This document shows, one piece after another, positions 41,079-50,691 of a stretch of DNA of 64,000 nucleotides. Both the position numbers and the translations under genes were made by a program. Positions within the stretch are counted from its first letter, which is position 1. Each line of letters starts with the position of its first letter. Below the pieces are notes generated by a model. The model was not told where the DNA came from. It ran no database searches and saw only the letters and a list, made by a program, of their open reading frames with translations. Origin of the DNA: a virus. The stretch is from UHGV virus genome UHGV-0036853; one strand, given 5' to 3'.

Positions 41079-41828
41079 TTAGTTACGTTGAGTGTTTGGG
41101 TTGAGTGATCCGCCAGGGCGTTTCTCTTGAGCGATAGTCTCAAGCGCGATTGCTTTCATCCGTTGAGCGGCATTGTTCCATATGCTTTCTGTATCGCCGG
41201 ATTCAGTTGTGCTACCGTCACTATGGACGTTGATCTCAATTGATACCGGAGAAAGAACATTTCCTCCTCCACTCATACCATCGGTACTGAGCGTTACAGG
41301 GATTGTTCGACCATCAGGCAATGGAACATACGCCTCATTCATAGAACCTTCCCCAAACAACGCTAATTGAGGTGAGTTAGCAATACCGCCTTTCTGGTAT
41401 GCCCGGAGCGGGATCACGCCGTCTTTTCCGAATATTCCTCCATTTGCAAACTTCGGGATTGCAGGAATGCCTTTAGTTCCGTCAGCCACACTGCTGGTTG
41501 CGGTTTTAGCAGAGCTTGATGTCACGCTGTCGAAACCACCGCCAGCCCAAGCTGAAACAAGACCAGATGCAACCGTTGCTCCAAAACTCAACCACTTATT
41601 ACCAGAGCCGGAAGCATTAGCTCCAAGCATTGCAAACGCGGCAGACAGCGCGCCGGTAACAGAGCTGAGGTTCTGCATCGAGAAGATGGAGTCCTTCACG
41701 GCTTTTGTCTCGGCATCTTTGGCTTCAGTGCTATCAAATAGCCCTGATACCCAGCTACCAATCGCATTTGTTGCTGTGCCAATTGCGCTGGTGGTCTGCT
41801 GTGTTGTTTGCCCCAATCCAGTTCCCAA
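41079..41828 (-). CDS. Gly/Ser/Ala-rich structural protein resembling the C-terminal part of a tape measure protein
   Basis: FANGGIFGKDGV..EGSMNEAYVPLPDG; overlaps upstream ORF by ~130 nt in another frame. Confidence 0.4.
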   Translation of the reverse strand: MGTGLGQTTQQTTSAIGTATNAIGSWVSGLFDSTEAKDAETKAVKDSIFSMQNLSSVTGALSAAFAMLGANASGSGNKWLSFGATVASGLVSAWAGGGFDSVTSSSAKTATSSVADGTKGIPAIPKFANGGIFGKDGVIPLRAYQKGGIANSPQLALFGEGSMNEAYVPLPDGRTIPVTLSTDGMSGGGNVLSPVSIEINVHSDGSTTESGDTESIWNNAAQRMKAIALETIAQEKRPGGSLNPNTQRN

Positions 41829-42595
41829 GTAACGGTTTTATTTGTTGCTCCTGCCGGCTCGACATTTGCGGTCAGCTGAACAGTTTTGTTTGCCTCAACG
41901 GTTGTGCTATTTGGGTCGATTTCGACGCCGGTAACAGCCACAACAGGCGCAGTTACTTCCACCGTTGCAGTTGCCTTTTTGCTGCCATCTTGGGAAACGA
42001 TCTCAATCGTCGCAGTGCCAACTTCTACACCAGTAACGTTCCCGCTCTGGTCTACCGTTGCCTTATCTTCATTTTTGGAAGACCAGGTAACAGCCTTATT
42101 CGTCGCATTTGACGGCTGAACATTCGCTTTCAGACTGACTGATTTCCCTTTCTCAACAGAGGTTGAGTCTGGCGTTACCGTTACGGATTGAACGGCTACC
42201 GGATTTACGGTGACTTCCACTGAAGCGGAAAGCTGGGTTTCCTGATCAGTTGCAGTAATTTTTACTTTGCCTGGTGCTACGCCAGTTACTAATCCAGTGC
42301 CGTTAACGGTTGCAATTTGATCATTGGCTGACTTCCAGGTGAATGAACTGGCACTCTTACCCATACTAATACCTGCACTAAGTTGAACAGTTTTCCCAAC
42401 CAAAACTGACGGTGAAGCCGGGGTTATGTTTACGGATTGGGAGAGGGGAACCGCCTGCAAACAAGCAGATAGCTGACTTTGTTGCCGCTCGGTTAAAGGT
42501 TCATCGGAGATAGAATTGGTAAATCCGGCGCGACACATATGCCCCGTAAAATCCGAAAATGCCTCTTCCGTAATCTTCATCTTTTGTTCTGGCAT
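41696..42595 (-). CDS. virion protein with three bacterial Ig-like (Big_2) domains
   Basis: three repeats of the type VTV.P.S.SV..GK.V.L.A.V.P..ATNK.VTWSS. Confidence 0.6.
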   Translation of the reverse strand: MPEQKMKITEEAFSDFTGHMCRAGFTNSISDEPLTERQQSQLSACLQAVPLSQSVNITPASPSVLVGKTVQLSAGISMGKSASSFTWKSANDQIATVNGTGLVTGVAPGKVKITATDQETQLSASVEVTVNPVAVQSVTVTPDSTSVEKGKSVSLKANVQPSNATNKAVTWSSKNEDKATVDQSGNVTGVEVGTATIEIVSQDGSKKATATVEVTAPVVAVTGVEIDPNSTTVEANKTVQLTANVEPAGATNKTVTWELDWGKQHSRPPAQLAQQQMRLVAGYQGYLIALKPKMPRQKP

Positions 42596-42612
42596 TTCTT
42601 GCTCCTACAAAA

Positions 42613-42637
42613 AGGGTGGGCGTATAGCCCACCCTTA
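42613..42637 (-). terminator. intrinsic terminator after capsid gene
   Basis: gggtgggc...gcccaccc hairpin followed by TTTTTGT on minus strand. Confidence 0.7.
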
Positions 42638-42668
42638 AACTTAGATAATTACTTATCTACCGCACTGA

Positions 42669-43544
42669 TTAAATTTTTACATTGGTCAGTGCAGCGATAG
42701 CCTTATCGTGCTTATTCGCCAGAGAGCAGTACCACTTCACACGGGTACGTACTGCGTCTTTGTTCTGTACAGTACCAATGTTTTCAACAACGATACCTGC
42801 GTTATCGCCGCCATACAGACCAGTAACGCCGTTCTCTTCTGACAGATGCAAGCAGTAGATGCTTGCTTTGCCAGCATCGGTCGGGATGAAGTCGTTGATG
42901 ATGAACGGAACGCCGTTATGACACAGCATCGGACGACCGAAGTTCTCCATCATGATTTCAGACGGACCTACATTTACTGTACGCAGCAGCGCACGGTAAG
43001 CACGAAGGTGCTCTGAACGCATCATGATGCAGTCAGCACCAAGATCTTTCACCGCATCGACCAGTTCGTCGAACATAGAGAAAGTCATAGATGCACCGGC
43101 GATATCGATCTTCTGATCTGCGTGCATCAGGCGTGGAATACCGTCGAACGCTTTGTTGTTGGAGCTGGAGTCACCCAAAATCAGGTTGCGGCGGAACGCA
43201 CGAGCCAGACCTTTAACTTTCTGACGAACCTGAATAGCCAACTGGTTATTGGTGTCGGCCATAGTGGTTGCCAGGAATTTATCAACGTCTACGTCACCAG
43301 CCAGAATACGCAGTTTCGCAACGCATTCTTCGAAGGTTGCTGCACCTTCAGGGATGGTGTCGTTAACGTCGATGAAGGTAGCTTCACTCAGCGTTTTTTC
43401 ACGGTTGTACAGATATGCCTTTGAATTAATTTTCATAAAAGGCAGGATGGCAAACAGGTCATCGCGATCGATGATAGTTTCGATCACACCCTGTTCAAGT
43501 TCGTTGTTAGACAGCTTTTCAGCTTCTTCACGCAGTAATGGCAT
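42669..43544 (-). CDS. putative major capsid protein
   Basis: position after scaffold-like protein, followed by strong terminator; no direct fold evidence. Confidence 0.45.
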   Translation of the reverse strand: MPLLREEAEKLSNNELEQGVIETIIDRDDLFAILPFMKINSKAYLYNREKTLSEATFIDVNDTIPEGAATFEECVAKLRILAGDVDVDKFLATTMADTNNQLAIQVRQKVKGLARAFRRNLILGDSSSNNKAFDGIPRLMHADQKIDIAGASMTFSMFDELVDAVKDLGADCIMMRSEHLRAYRALLRTVNVGPSEIMMENFGRPMLCHNGVPFIINDFIPTDAGKASIYCLHLSEENGVTGLYGGDNAGIVVENIGTVQNKDAVRTRVKWYCSLANKHDKAIAALTNVKI

Positions 43545-43569
43545 CTATCAATTCCCTTTGATTTAGATG

Positions 43570-44457
43570 TTACTTAAGTCCAATTTTCCCCAGACCGGAG
43601 GCCAACTTATCCATAGTCGACTTGTTCTTCGGTTGGGATATTGTGTAGGTCGATTTGGAATGTGAGCCTACACCCTGCTTGGCTTCGCTACGCATCAATG
43701 CGTCAGCTTCCGGATCTGCCCGCACAATGCGTTCAATCGCGGATTCAAACGGCAACGGCTTACCTTCACCGTCAACCAGAACAGCTCGTTCTTTATGACC
43801 TGCCGGTTTGTCATAACCCACTACGCTACCGTCTTCACCCACTTCAAAATGAGAACCGTAGATCACGCGGGCTTTTGCCGGAGTCATCAGAACTTTGTCA
43901 CGTAGGAAGAGAGAGTTACTGAAGGAAGCGCCCACGGTCATCTCGACTAATTGAGATTTCAGTGATGCGTTTTCACTTTCCAGTGCTGCATAACGTTCGT
44001 CACGCTGTGCCAGCTCTGCCTGGTGTGCTTCGATCATCTGTTTTTTAACAGCATCGAACTCACCACGACGCTCCAGTTCAGCTTGCTCCGCCTCACGACG
44101 TGCGTTTTCTGCGGCCTGTTCAGCTTCTAAAAGCTGGCGAGCACGCGCCGGGTCGATATCACCGTACTGAGCAAGCTGATCGGCCAATGTGCGCTCTTTC
44201 TCTTTGCGCTTCATGTTCTCTTTCAGCAGTTCAGCACCAGCTTTCTTGGTTTTGCGAAGTTCGACCAGTAACTCTTCATGAGTCATGCCAGCGTATTCGT
44301 CATCACCCTTCGGCTGCTCTTTTTGTTCACCCTGCTTGTCAGGATCTTGTGTACTCTGCTCATTATCAGCAGCTACACCGCCAGCGCCCCCACGCTCATG
44401 CGCTTCAGCAACATCCATCAGACCACGACGGGCCAAAAGCATTTGCCACAGTTTCAT
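43570..44457 (-). CDS. putative scaffolding protein (coiled-coil, charged)
   Basis: E/A/R/Q-rich heptad region between portal and capsid genes. Confidence 0.45.
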   Translation of the reverse strand: MKLWQMLLARRGLMDVAEAHERGGAGGVAADNEQSTQDPDKQGEQKEQPKGDDEYAGMTHEELLVELRKTKKAGAELLKENMKRKEKERTLADQLAQYGDIDPARARQLLEAEQAAENARREAEQAELERRGEFDAVKKQMIEAHQAELAQRDERYAALESENASLKSQLVEMTVGASFSNSLFLRDKVLMTPAKARVIYGSHFEVGEDGSVVGYDKPAGHKERAVLVDGEGKPLPFESAIERIVRADPEADALMRSEAKQGVGSHSKSTYTISQPKNKSTMDKLASGLGKIGLK

Positions 44458-44478
44458 AAAAATTCCCTTTGTTACTTA

Positions 44479-46053
44479 TCACTCGTTCTCTTGAGTAGAT
44501 GAGTCCCCATTCCCTCGGGGTTGATCTTGCCCGCTTTCTTGGGCCACACCACGATCATAAGTAAGTACTGACTTATTTTCAAGGGTATTTAGATCATTTT
44601 TTGGCGGAAAATTCAAGAGATCTTTATCAAATTCCTTTTTCATCGCCTCAGTAATGTTCGGGAAAATCTTCTCAATAAGCATTTCCATCTGGTGACGACG
44701 TACAGAGTCCGGTGCCTGAAGTAATGACAGTTTCTCGGCAACAGAAAATTCATCTGTAAGGCCACGAATATCGAAACTTTCTGGATACGCAATTAAAGAG
44801 TGGTCTTCGTCCAGATCTACCCCCATCCATTTCGCAACCAGTAGCATGATTTGGCGTTCAGCCCTTTCCAGACGCTCTGCTTTTGTGACAAGCAAGCTAT
44901 TTACACGCTGGAAGTCATACATTTTTGCGGCACCAGATGAGTTATCGATTCCCTGTGCGTTGTCCTGCTTCGTTCGCTCACCAGCTACACCAACTGAATG
45001 GTAGATTTCGTTAATCACCGTCTTAATCGTAGTGATGATCATCTGAGCTTGTTTCGGGTCTGGTGACAGATAAAACGGCTGGTTTCCACCTTCAGAATCG
45101 TAGGTGAAGACTCGCTTTGTGCCCATTTCAAGCACTTTAGTGTGGTTTTCATCACCAGGTAAAAGCGACTGTACCGGTATAGCCAACTGGCTAAATGTCT
45201 GATCCTGAATAATGGCATCAAGGTTTGACAGATAGTTTGCAACCGCACGATCAAGATAAGCGATATCATCGATCAACGATGGGCTGAAATACGGTGATTC
45301 ACTTTCTCCAATACAATCAACAGGAAACACAGGAACTACGCCGAGATTATGCTCACCGCTATCCTCTAAAATAACTTTTGCCTGACGGCGACCTGCTCCA
45401 CCAGCGCCCTTCTTCACTTCCTCACGGAACAGATACCACTCGTTTTGTGTCCACAGACGATAACGTTGGTATTCCTGACCTGTAGAAGTAAAAGGATCTG
45501 CGTCATCACGAGCGACTTCCACAATTAACGCCCACAACATATTCCCGTCGTCGTCCCATGCCACATCCAGCATTTGCTGAGGTGAAATCCAGTAGGCGTA
45601 GGCGCGAGCATCTTTCTTTTTCTCGTCAGCTACTGACTCAACATCACCACTCATCGTGCTATCGACAACAACCCATATGCGACCGTAAATAGACGACTGC
45701 AAATCAATAGCGGCCATAAATGAGTCAATAGAGGCATTCTGGCGAGTCGCACGTTTCCAGAAATTGCGGATCTGCTCTGGTGCCTCTTCGATATTTCTAT
45801 GAATGTCTTCTTTAAAGAGATATTTGTTGATGAGGTTTACCACCTCACGAGTGTGGTTGAAGCGATAAGCACGTTCAACTCGCTCCTTAAACTCCTGATC
45901 TCCCTCTTTAAAGTAACGAAAGATATTGTCTGTAAACCAACCACGCCCGCCAGCGTAAGTGCTGGCGAGGAAGTCCCAATGTTCTTTTTTCTTTTCGTAT
46001 TCCGGGTGGCGTCGCGCCACCAGATCCTTAATTTGTTTGTCGTTCAATTCCAT
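44479..46053 (-). CDS. putative portal protein
   Basis: 524 aa directly downstream of terminase large subunit. Confidence 0.55.
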   Translation of the reverse strand: MELNDKQIKDLVARRHPEYEKKKEHWDFLASTYAGGRGWFTDNIFRYFKEGDQEFKERVERAYRFNHTREVVNLINKYLFKEDIHRNIEEAPEQIRNFWKRATRQNASIDSFMAAIDLQSSIYGRIWVVVDSTMSGDVESVADEKKKDARAYAYWISPQQMLDVAWDDDGNMLWALIVEVARDDADPFTSTGQEYQRYRLWTQNEWYLFREEVKKGAGGAGRRQAKVILEDSGEHNLGVVPVFPVDCIGESESPYFSPSLIDDIAYLDRAVANYLSNLDAIIQDQTFSQLAIPVQSLLPGDENHTKVLEMGTKRVFTYDSEGGNQPFYLSPDPKQAQMIITTIKTVINEIYHSVGVAGERTKQDNAQGIDNSSGAAKMYDFQRVNSLLVTKAERLERAERQIMLLVAKWMGVDLDEDHSLIAYPESFDIRGLTDEFSVAEKLSLLQAPDSVRRHQMEMLIEKIFPNITEAMKKEFDKDLLNFPPKNDLNTLENKSVLTYDRGVAQESGQDQPRGNGDSSTQENE

Positions 46054-46079
46054 TTGAATAACCTTAGATAATTACTTAC

Positions 46080-47336
46080 CTATCGAGAACCACCAAGAAT
46101 AACACGGTTTTTGACTGGATACCTACGATGTACTGGATAGCCCAATGCGTCTGCACTATGCTCAATGCCACCTGTCTTATCCATATCTCGTGTTCCAGGC
46201 TTGTAGATGACTTTTTCCAGTGAATCAATCAAATGCTTGCACTTCGGATCGATATACAACCGGATATCTCCAGATGCGGTCATCAGCATTCGGTTAACAG
46301 CATTAACACGATCCGCAATTGGCGGGTGCTTTTTCGAATAATCGACACGTAAGAATCCCTTCTCTTTGAAAATGTCGACGTCAGACTCCCCGCGAGCATG
46401 TTGGCGATAAGCACCTGCCGGATCTGGAAATACCGTTATCTGTGATTTCCAGCGCCAGAAGCGTCTCTCAAGCTCATCACAAACCTCTGCCGTGTTAGAG
46501 GAAAAGAGCACCAATTCATCAATTGCCCATAGCTCGCCGTTTGGCTGAGGTTGCAAAATTACGGAAGACATCGGGTCAATGTTGAAGTCCTGTCCTACCC
46601 ATATAGGCAACCGAGGGTTGAATTGAAGCGGTTTAACATGCACGTTACGATCGAACGGGTAGTAAACGCGACCGGACATGTTCTCAAAGCTGGCTAGGTA
46701 CTCCTGAGCGAACGATTTGGGGTCCATATCGTTCTTAGCAGCTTCAATTTCCGCCGTAGGTACAAACGGAGAATCGGCAGTTACAAACTGCCAGCTCTTC
46801 CACTGTCCCTTTCGTTGCAGCTCTACGTTCTGACCTATAGTCCACAGTTTGTGAAATTCCGAGAAGCCTTTTGGCGTTCCAATGATCAGTGCACCGCCGC
46901 GTGTCGATGAAAGAGTTGGTCGTAGTACCTTGTACCAGGTATCAGCCTTCATATCCTGAAATTCATCAAGCACTACAAAATGCAACGCAACGCCGCGCAG
47001 AGTGTCAGGCTTATCAGCACCTTTAAGGGCGATCTCCGAACCGTTCTTCAACACGATTGTCATCGTGGTGTCGTTCTTTTTCCTAACCCACTTACGAGGC
47101 AGAACTTCCTGTAGATCGTCCCACAAAATCTGACGAGCCATCTGATAAGTCGGGGCGACATACCAGACCCTTTGCTTTTTTTCCTTTGCAGCCGCACGAA
47201 TAATAGTTGAGATCGACAACCGGGATTTCCCCCAGCGTCGACCAGCACAAACAACTTTAAATCGATGCGGTGACTGGAAGACTTTCATCTGTCCAGAATG
47301 CAACTGCACAAGACTTAGAGAGGACGGGATTGCCAT
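46080..47336 (-). CDS. terminase large subunit
   Basis: Walker A CAGRRWGKS, Walker B FVVLDEF, C-terminal nuclease-like region. Confidence 0.8.
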   Translation of the reverse strand: MAIPSSLSLVQLHSGQMKVFQSPHRFKVVCAGRRWGKSRLSISTIIRAAAKEKKQRVWYVAPTYQMARQILWDDLQEVLPRKWVRKKNDTTMTIVLKNGSEIALKGADKPDTLRGVALHFVVLDEFQDMKADTWYKVLRPTLSSTRGGALIIGTPKGFSEFHKLWTIGQNVELQRKGQWKSWQFVTADSPFVPTAEIEAAKNDMDPKSFAQEYLASFENMSGRVYYPFDRNVHVKPLQFNPRLPIWVGQDFNIDPMSSVILQPQPNGELWAIDELVLFSSNTAEVCDELERRFWRWKSQITVFPDPAGAYRQHARGESDVDIFKEKGFLRVDYSKKHPPIADRVNAVNRMLMTASGDIRLYIDPKCKHLIDSLEKVIYKPGTRDMDKTGGIEHSADALGYPVHRRYPVKNRVILGGSR

Positions 47337-47968
47337 TATTCGTCCTCCCCTTCACTTCCATCATCTGTCGCATCAAATTCGCTTAGAGCTTCTTCTTCCA
47401 AAGTCTCAAGCAATTCGTCATCGATGATTTCAGGCTCGTCGTCTTCCTGACGTAATTTCGCCACCTGGGAAGGTGTAAGCTCACCAAATACCAAGTTCGG
47501 AATTTCTTCCTCGTCATTTTCTGCATGATCCATACCCAACGCTTTGGACGAAACTTCAAAGCATTTTGCAAGGGTATTACTTGCTCTCTGTAAGCTCTTG
47601 AGAGAATCCTCAATCGCCCCTAAAGGCTTACCCTCACGTTTGGCCGTAGTGACTTCGACCATCACCATCTGCCCCAACGCATACGCCCAGCCGTCATAAC
47701 GTGTACGACGTTCTTCTATCTTTTCCGCACGGGCTTTAGCGCGAAGCTCTGCGTCAGATTTAAGAGACTCACGAACCATCTTCCCAACAGAGTCCGCGCC
47801 TTTCTCTAATCCTCGCTTTTTGAAATGTCTGGAGAGTGTTTCACGACGAATGCCGTACTCTTCCTCCAGCTTTGAGAGTGTATATTCGCCTGACGTCCAT
47901 TTGGCTTCAGCTTCGGCCCACTCAGCTGGTGTCAGGCGAGTTTTTACCTCGTCTTTTTCGACCGTCAT
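47336..47968 (-). CDS. putative terminase small subunit
   Basis: HTH-like N-terminus, acidic C-terminal tail, coupled to large subunit. Confidence 0.45.
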   Translation of the reverse strand: MTVEKDEVKTRLTPAEWAEAEAKWTSGEYTLSKLEEEYGIRRETLSRHFKKRGLEKGADSVGKMVRESLKSDAELRAKARAEKIEERRTRYDGWAYALGQMVMVEVTTAKREGKPLGAIEDSLKSLQRASNTLAKCFEVSSKALGMDHAENDEEEIPNLVFGELTPSQVAKLRQEDDEPEIIDDELLETLEEEALSEFDATDDGSEGEDE

Positions 47969-48007
47969 AGATCCCTCTAAAACACACAGAGCGCGTCCAT
48001 GCGCTCT

Positions 48008-48066
48008 AAAACAACTTGTTTACTGCATCTGCTAACCAACTTGTTTTCTGGGGTGTTTAATTAGGT
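48008..48066 (-). promoter_or_regulatory. two motif family 2 copies upstream of terminase small subunit gene
   Basis: aaaacaacttgtttac and ccaacttgttttctgg. Confidence 0.5.
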
Positions 48067-48085
48067 CTGGGCATATCTTACTAAG

Positions 48086-48140
48086 CCTGCTTCCGTATAT
48101 ATTTAATAAGTTACTTATTATTTATATATACAGAAGCAGG
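48086..48140. repeat. large near-perfect palindrome B, second copy of element A
   Basis: arms cctgcttccgtatatat / atatatacagaagcagg around the TAAGTTACTTA core; followed by agctcccagaccg. Confidence 0.75.
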
Positions 48141-48164
48141 TCTTTAAATAAGCTCCCAGACCGA

Positions 48165-48431
48165 TTACATCACCAGTAACTTCGCTTTGGCTCGACCTAA
48201 AGTGGTTAACCCAAGAGTCCGGCGGTGATAGCGATTGTCACTGCGTTGGCGCGTATGCCCTTTCTCCACCAGCCCCTTTTTTATCAGAGCGCGAATTGAG
48301 AACTGGATACTTTGCTTGGTTGTCTTGTACGGCAAAACTTCAAGCAATTCGTCCAGATCAAGTAGATGACCTCGCTCATAACCGAGATTGAGCGTTTTGA
48401 TGATGTCCTTTTGTTTATCGGTTAACGTCAT
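48165..48431 (-). CDS. small winged-HTH-like DNA-binding protein
   Basis: SIQFSIRALIKKGLVEK helix pattern; last gene of operon. Confidence 0.35.
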   Translation of the reverse strand: MTLTDKQKDIIKTLNLGYERGHLLDLDELLEVLPYKTTKQSIQFSIRALIKKGLVEKGHTRQRSDNRYHRRTLGLTTLGRAKAKLLVM

Positions 48432-48440
48432 GGCAAATCC

Positions 48441-49331
48441 TTATGCCGGTAAAGCAATTTCTAACGGTTTATCCAAAGGTTGTTTGTCGAATGCCAGCAG
48501 TGGCAGCGTGTCAGGCAGTCGACGGCCAAAGTCAGGGTTTCGGTACACACCATACAACGGAGACGTAAAGCTCAGGTTGTGAATGTCCTTGAGCAGCTTC
48601 ACAATGCTGGCCTCGTCCACCAGACTGTCGGCAATGTCCTGAATCGTCGTGCCACGATTCCGCCCAGCTTTTGCCAGGGAACTGTTCTTGTGGTAGTCCG
48701 CCACCAGATCACGCAGTGCACGGCGACGACGAGACTCGCTCATTGCGAACAACTCTTTGACGATCGCCTCGTTATCACCCGGGTCAGAACGGAAATGGCG
48801 CTGGAATACACGCAGTGCACTTTCATAGCTCTTCGGTCGCTCAGGGCGGATGAACTTAAACCCTGCTTTCATGGCGAAGGGATTGTATTTGCTCATCGAG
48901 GACTGGATCTCAATGATTGGCCGGTCATGCATCCTGCTAACCAGGTTAATCATTCGATAAGAGACGCCTACGCCACGATACTGAGTATCCACAACTGAGC
49001 GACTGATCACCGCAAAGTTGTTATTCACGTACCGACCCCAGTACTGGTTAGCCACGGTGGTATTAGTGGTTGGTTTCAACTTAGGAAACATGCGGTGGCG
49101 AGGTGCCAACAGTAGTTTCGGGTAAGCCATAACCACGACGCCCACCAGACGGTCATCAAGTTCGCAGCGATAGTAAGTTGGCGCGAAAGGTTTGCCGTCT
49201 GTTTTGTAGTGAAGCGACTTAAGAGCGTGCCAGTCCTCTACAGTTCCCTTTGTAACAGTCATTCGCTCCAGAAAGTCCAGATGACGCGGAAACTCTTCAG
49301 GGCGGTAGCGTTTAATGATGATGTCCGTCAT
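48441..49331 (-). CDS. GNAT-family acetyltransferase-like protein
   Basis: QYRGVGVSYRMIN resembles the GNAT acetyl-CoA binding motif. Confidence 0.45.
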   Translation of the reverse strand: MTDIIIKRYRPEEFPRHLDFLERMTVTKGTVEDWHALKSLHYKTDGKPFAPTYYRCELDDRLVGVVVMAYPKLLLAPRHRMFPKLKPTTNTTVANQYWGRYVNNNFAVISRSVVDTQYRGVGVSYRMINLVSRMHDRPIIEIQSSMSKYNPFAMKAGFKFIRPERPKSYESALRVFQRHFRSDPGDNEAIVKELFAMSESRRRRALRDLVADYHKNSSLAKAGRNRGTTIQDIADSLVDEASIVKLLKDIHNLSFTSPLYGVYRNPDFGRRLPDTLPLLAFDKQPLDKPLEIALPA

Positions 49332-49993
49332 GAATGGACCTCATCGTGACTACCATTGTGATATTCCACCTTCACGCGTTCTTTGTAGTGCTTGGTGATC
49401 TGCATATCCGGGCGCAGCGCGTTCTTCAGGTCTTCGTGAGTCGTCGCCACCATTACCGTCGCACCAACCTTTCGAGCGGCACGCTGGAGGTTAGACGCCA
49501 CAACCTGAGCGGTTACACGGTCGAGAACAGCGCCGAACTCGTCAGCAGCCCACACTTTAGCGCCTGACTCAATCAGTTTGGCAATCTTGAGACGATATTT
49601 CTGGCCGTCTGACATTTCAGAAGGCTTGCGAACAAACAGATATGCATCGTTCAGACCAGCCATAGATAACAACCCAAGCGCATCACTGGTCGTTTTGCCC
49701 AACTGATCGATGACGTTAACCTCATTATCGAAGGTAAAATCATCGATGGAGGCTACAGACAGCCCTTCATCCTTCATCTGTCGTTGCAACTCGCGCAGCA
49801 CAACGGATTTGCCGGAACCGGATTGGCCGGTGATGTACACCACATCGCCCTGCTTCACTTCCAGCTCCAGATTGTCGTAAAGCGTCCACTCTTTTTCGTC
49901 CAGGCCAAGCCCGAACGACTCAGCGATTTCCAACGTGCGCGTGGTTTTATTTACGCGTGTCTGAAACGATACGTTGATGATGTATTTGCTCAT
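49328..49993 (-). CDS. stand-alone ABC-type ATPase
   Basis: Walker A GQSGSGKS, signature-like MSDGQKYR, Walker B VWAADEF, H-loop TTHE. Confidence 0.7.
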   Translation of the reverse strand: MSKYIINVSFQTRVNKTTRTLEIAESFGLGLDEKEWTLYDNLELEVKQGDVVYITGQSGSGKSVVLRELQRQMKDEGLSVASIDDFTFDNEVNVIDQLGKTTSDALGLLSMAGLNDAYLFVRKPSEMSDGQKYRLKIAKLIESGAKVWAADEFGAVLDRVTAQVVASNLQRAARKVGATVMVATTHEDLKNALRPDMQITKHYKERVKVEYHNGSHDEVHS

Positions 49994-50691
49994 GCAGCCA
50001 TCTCCCCGGAAGAGATCTTCTCCGCATATGCCACAAATGCGTCTACCCCGCTTTCTCCCGTCATTTCTTCCATGTGGGCAAGCAAATCACCAACAACAAT
50101 GGCAGAGCCAGCAGGGAGCGTTTTAAAGCCCAATACGTCGACAACACGTACTTCTTCCGCTGCAACTTCACGACTGATCTCGGTGTGTTCATCCTTCTGT
50201 CGTTTAGTTTCTTCGCCAAGATCGATAACTAGCGAGTCGGTGTCCATTTCTTCTGTCATACTGCCAACGAGAACATTCAACTCACGCTCTTCAAAGCCGA
50301 AAACCTCGATATCGTCCAGAACAAGCGACTCAAGCTCTTTCTGTAGCTTAATTGCATCGTAATCAATGCTGGCAAGTCGGTTATCTTCAAGGCGCTTCGC
50401 ACGAACCTCGTCATCACTGAGATCATCGCGAACAATAACCGGTACGCGCTCAAGTCCAGCAAAAATTGCAGCCTCACGGCGGCCGTGGCCAGTAATAATT
50501 ACGTCGTTCTTATCGACCGTAATTGGCTGGTCAAATCCGCGCTTTTTAATGGCTGCGGCTAGATCTCGGATCTGCTGTTCATCATGCTTTTTGGCATTCA
50601 TCTCATAGGGAATAAGATCTGCCGGGTCGCGATATACGATTTCAAACTTTTTGGTCATTACATACGCTCCTTGTAGTAGTCGACCAGCCAC
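49990..50691 (-). CDS. ParB/Srx-like domain protein
   Basis: ParB N-domain motif ITGHGRREAA. Confidence 0.65.
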   Translation of the reverse strand: MAGRLLQGAYVMTKKFEIVYRDPADLIPYEMNAKKHDEQQIRDLAAAIKKRGFDQPITVDKNDVIITGHGRREAAIFAGLERVPVIVRDDLSDDEVRAKRLEDNRLASIDYDAIKLQKELESLVLDDIEVFGFEERELNVLVGSMTEEMDTDSLVIDLGEETKRQKDEHTEISREVAAEEVRVVDVLGFKTLPAGSAIVVGDLLAHMEEMTGESGVDAFVAYAEKISSGEMAA

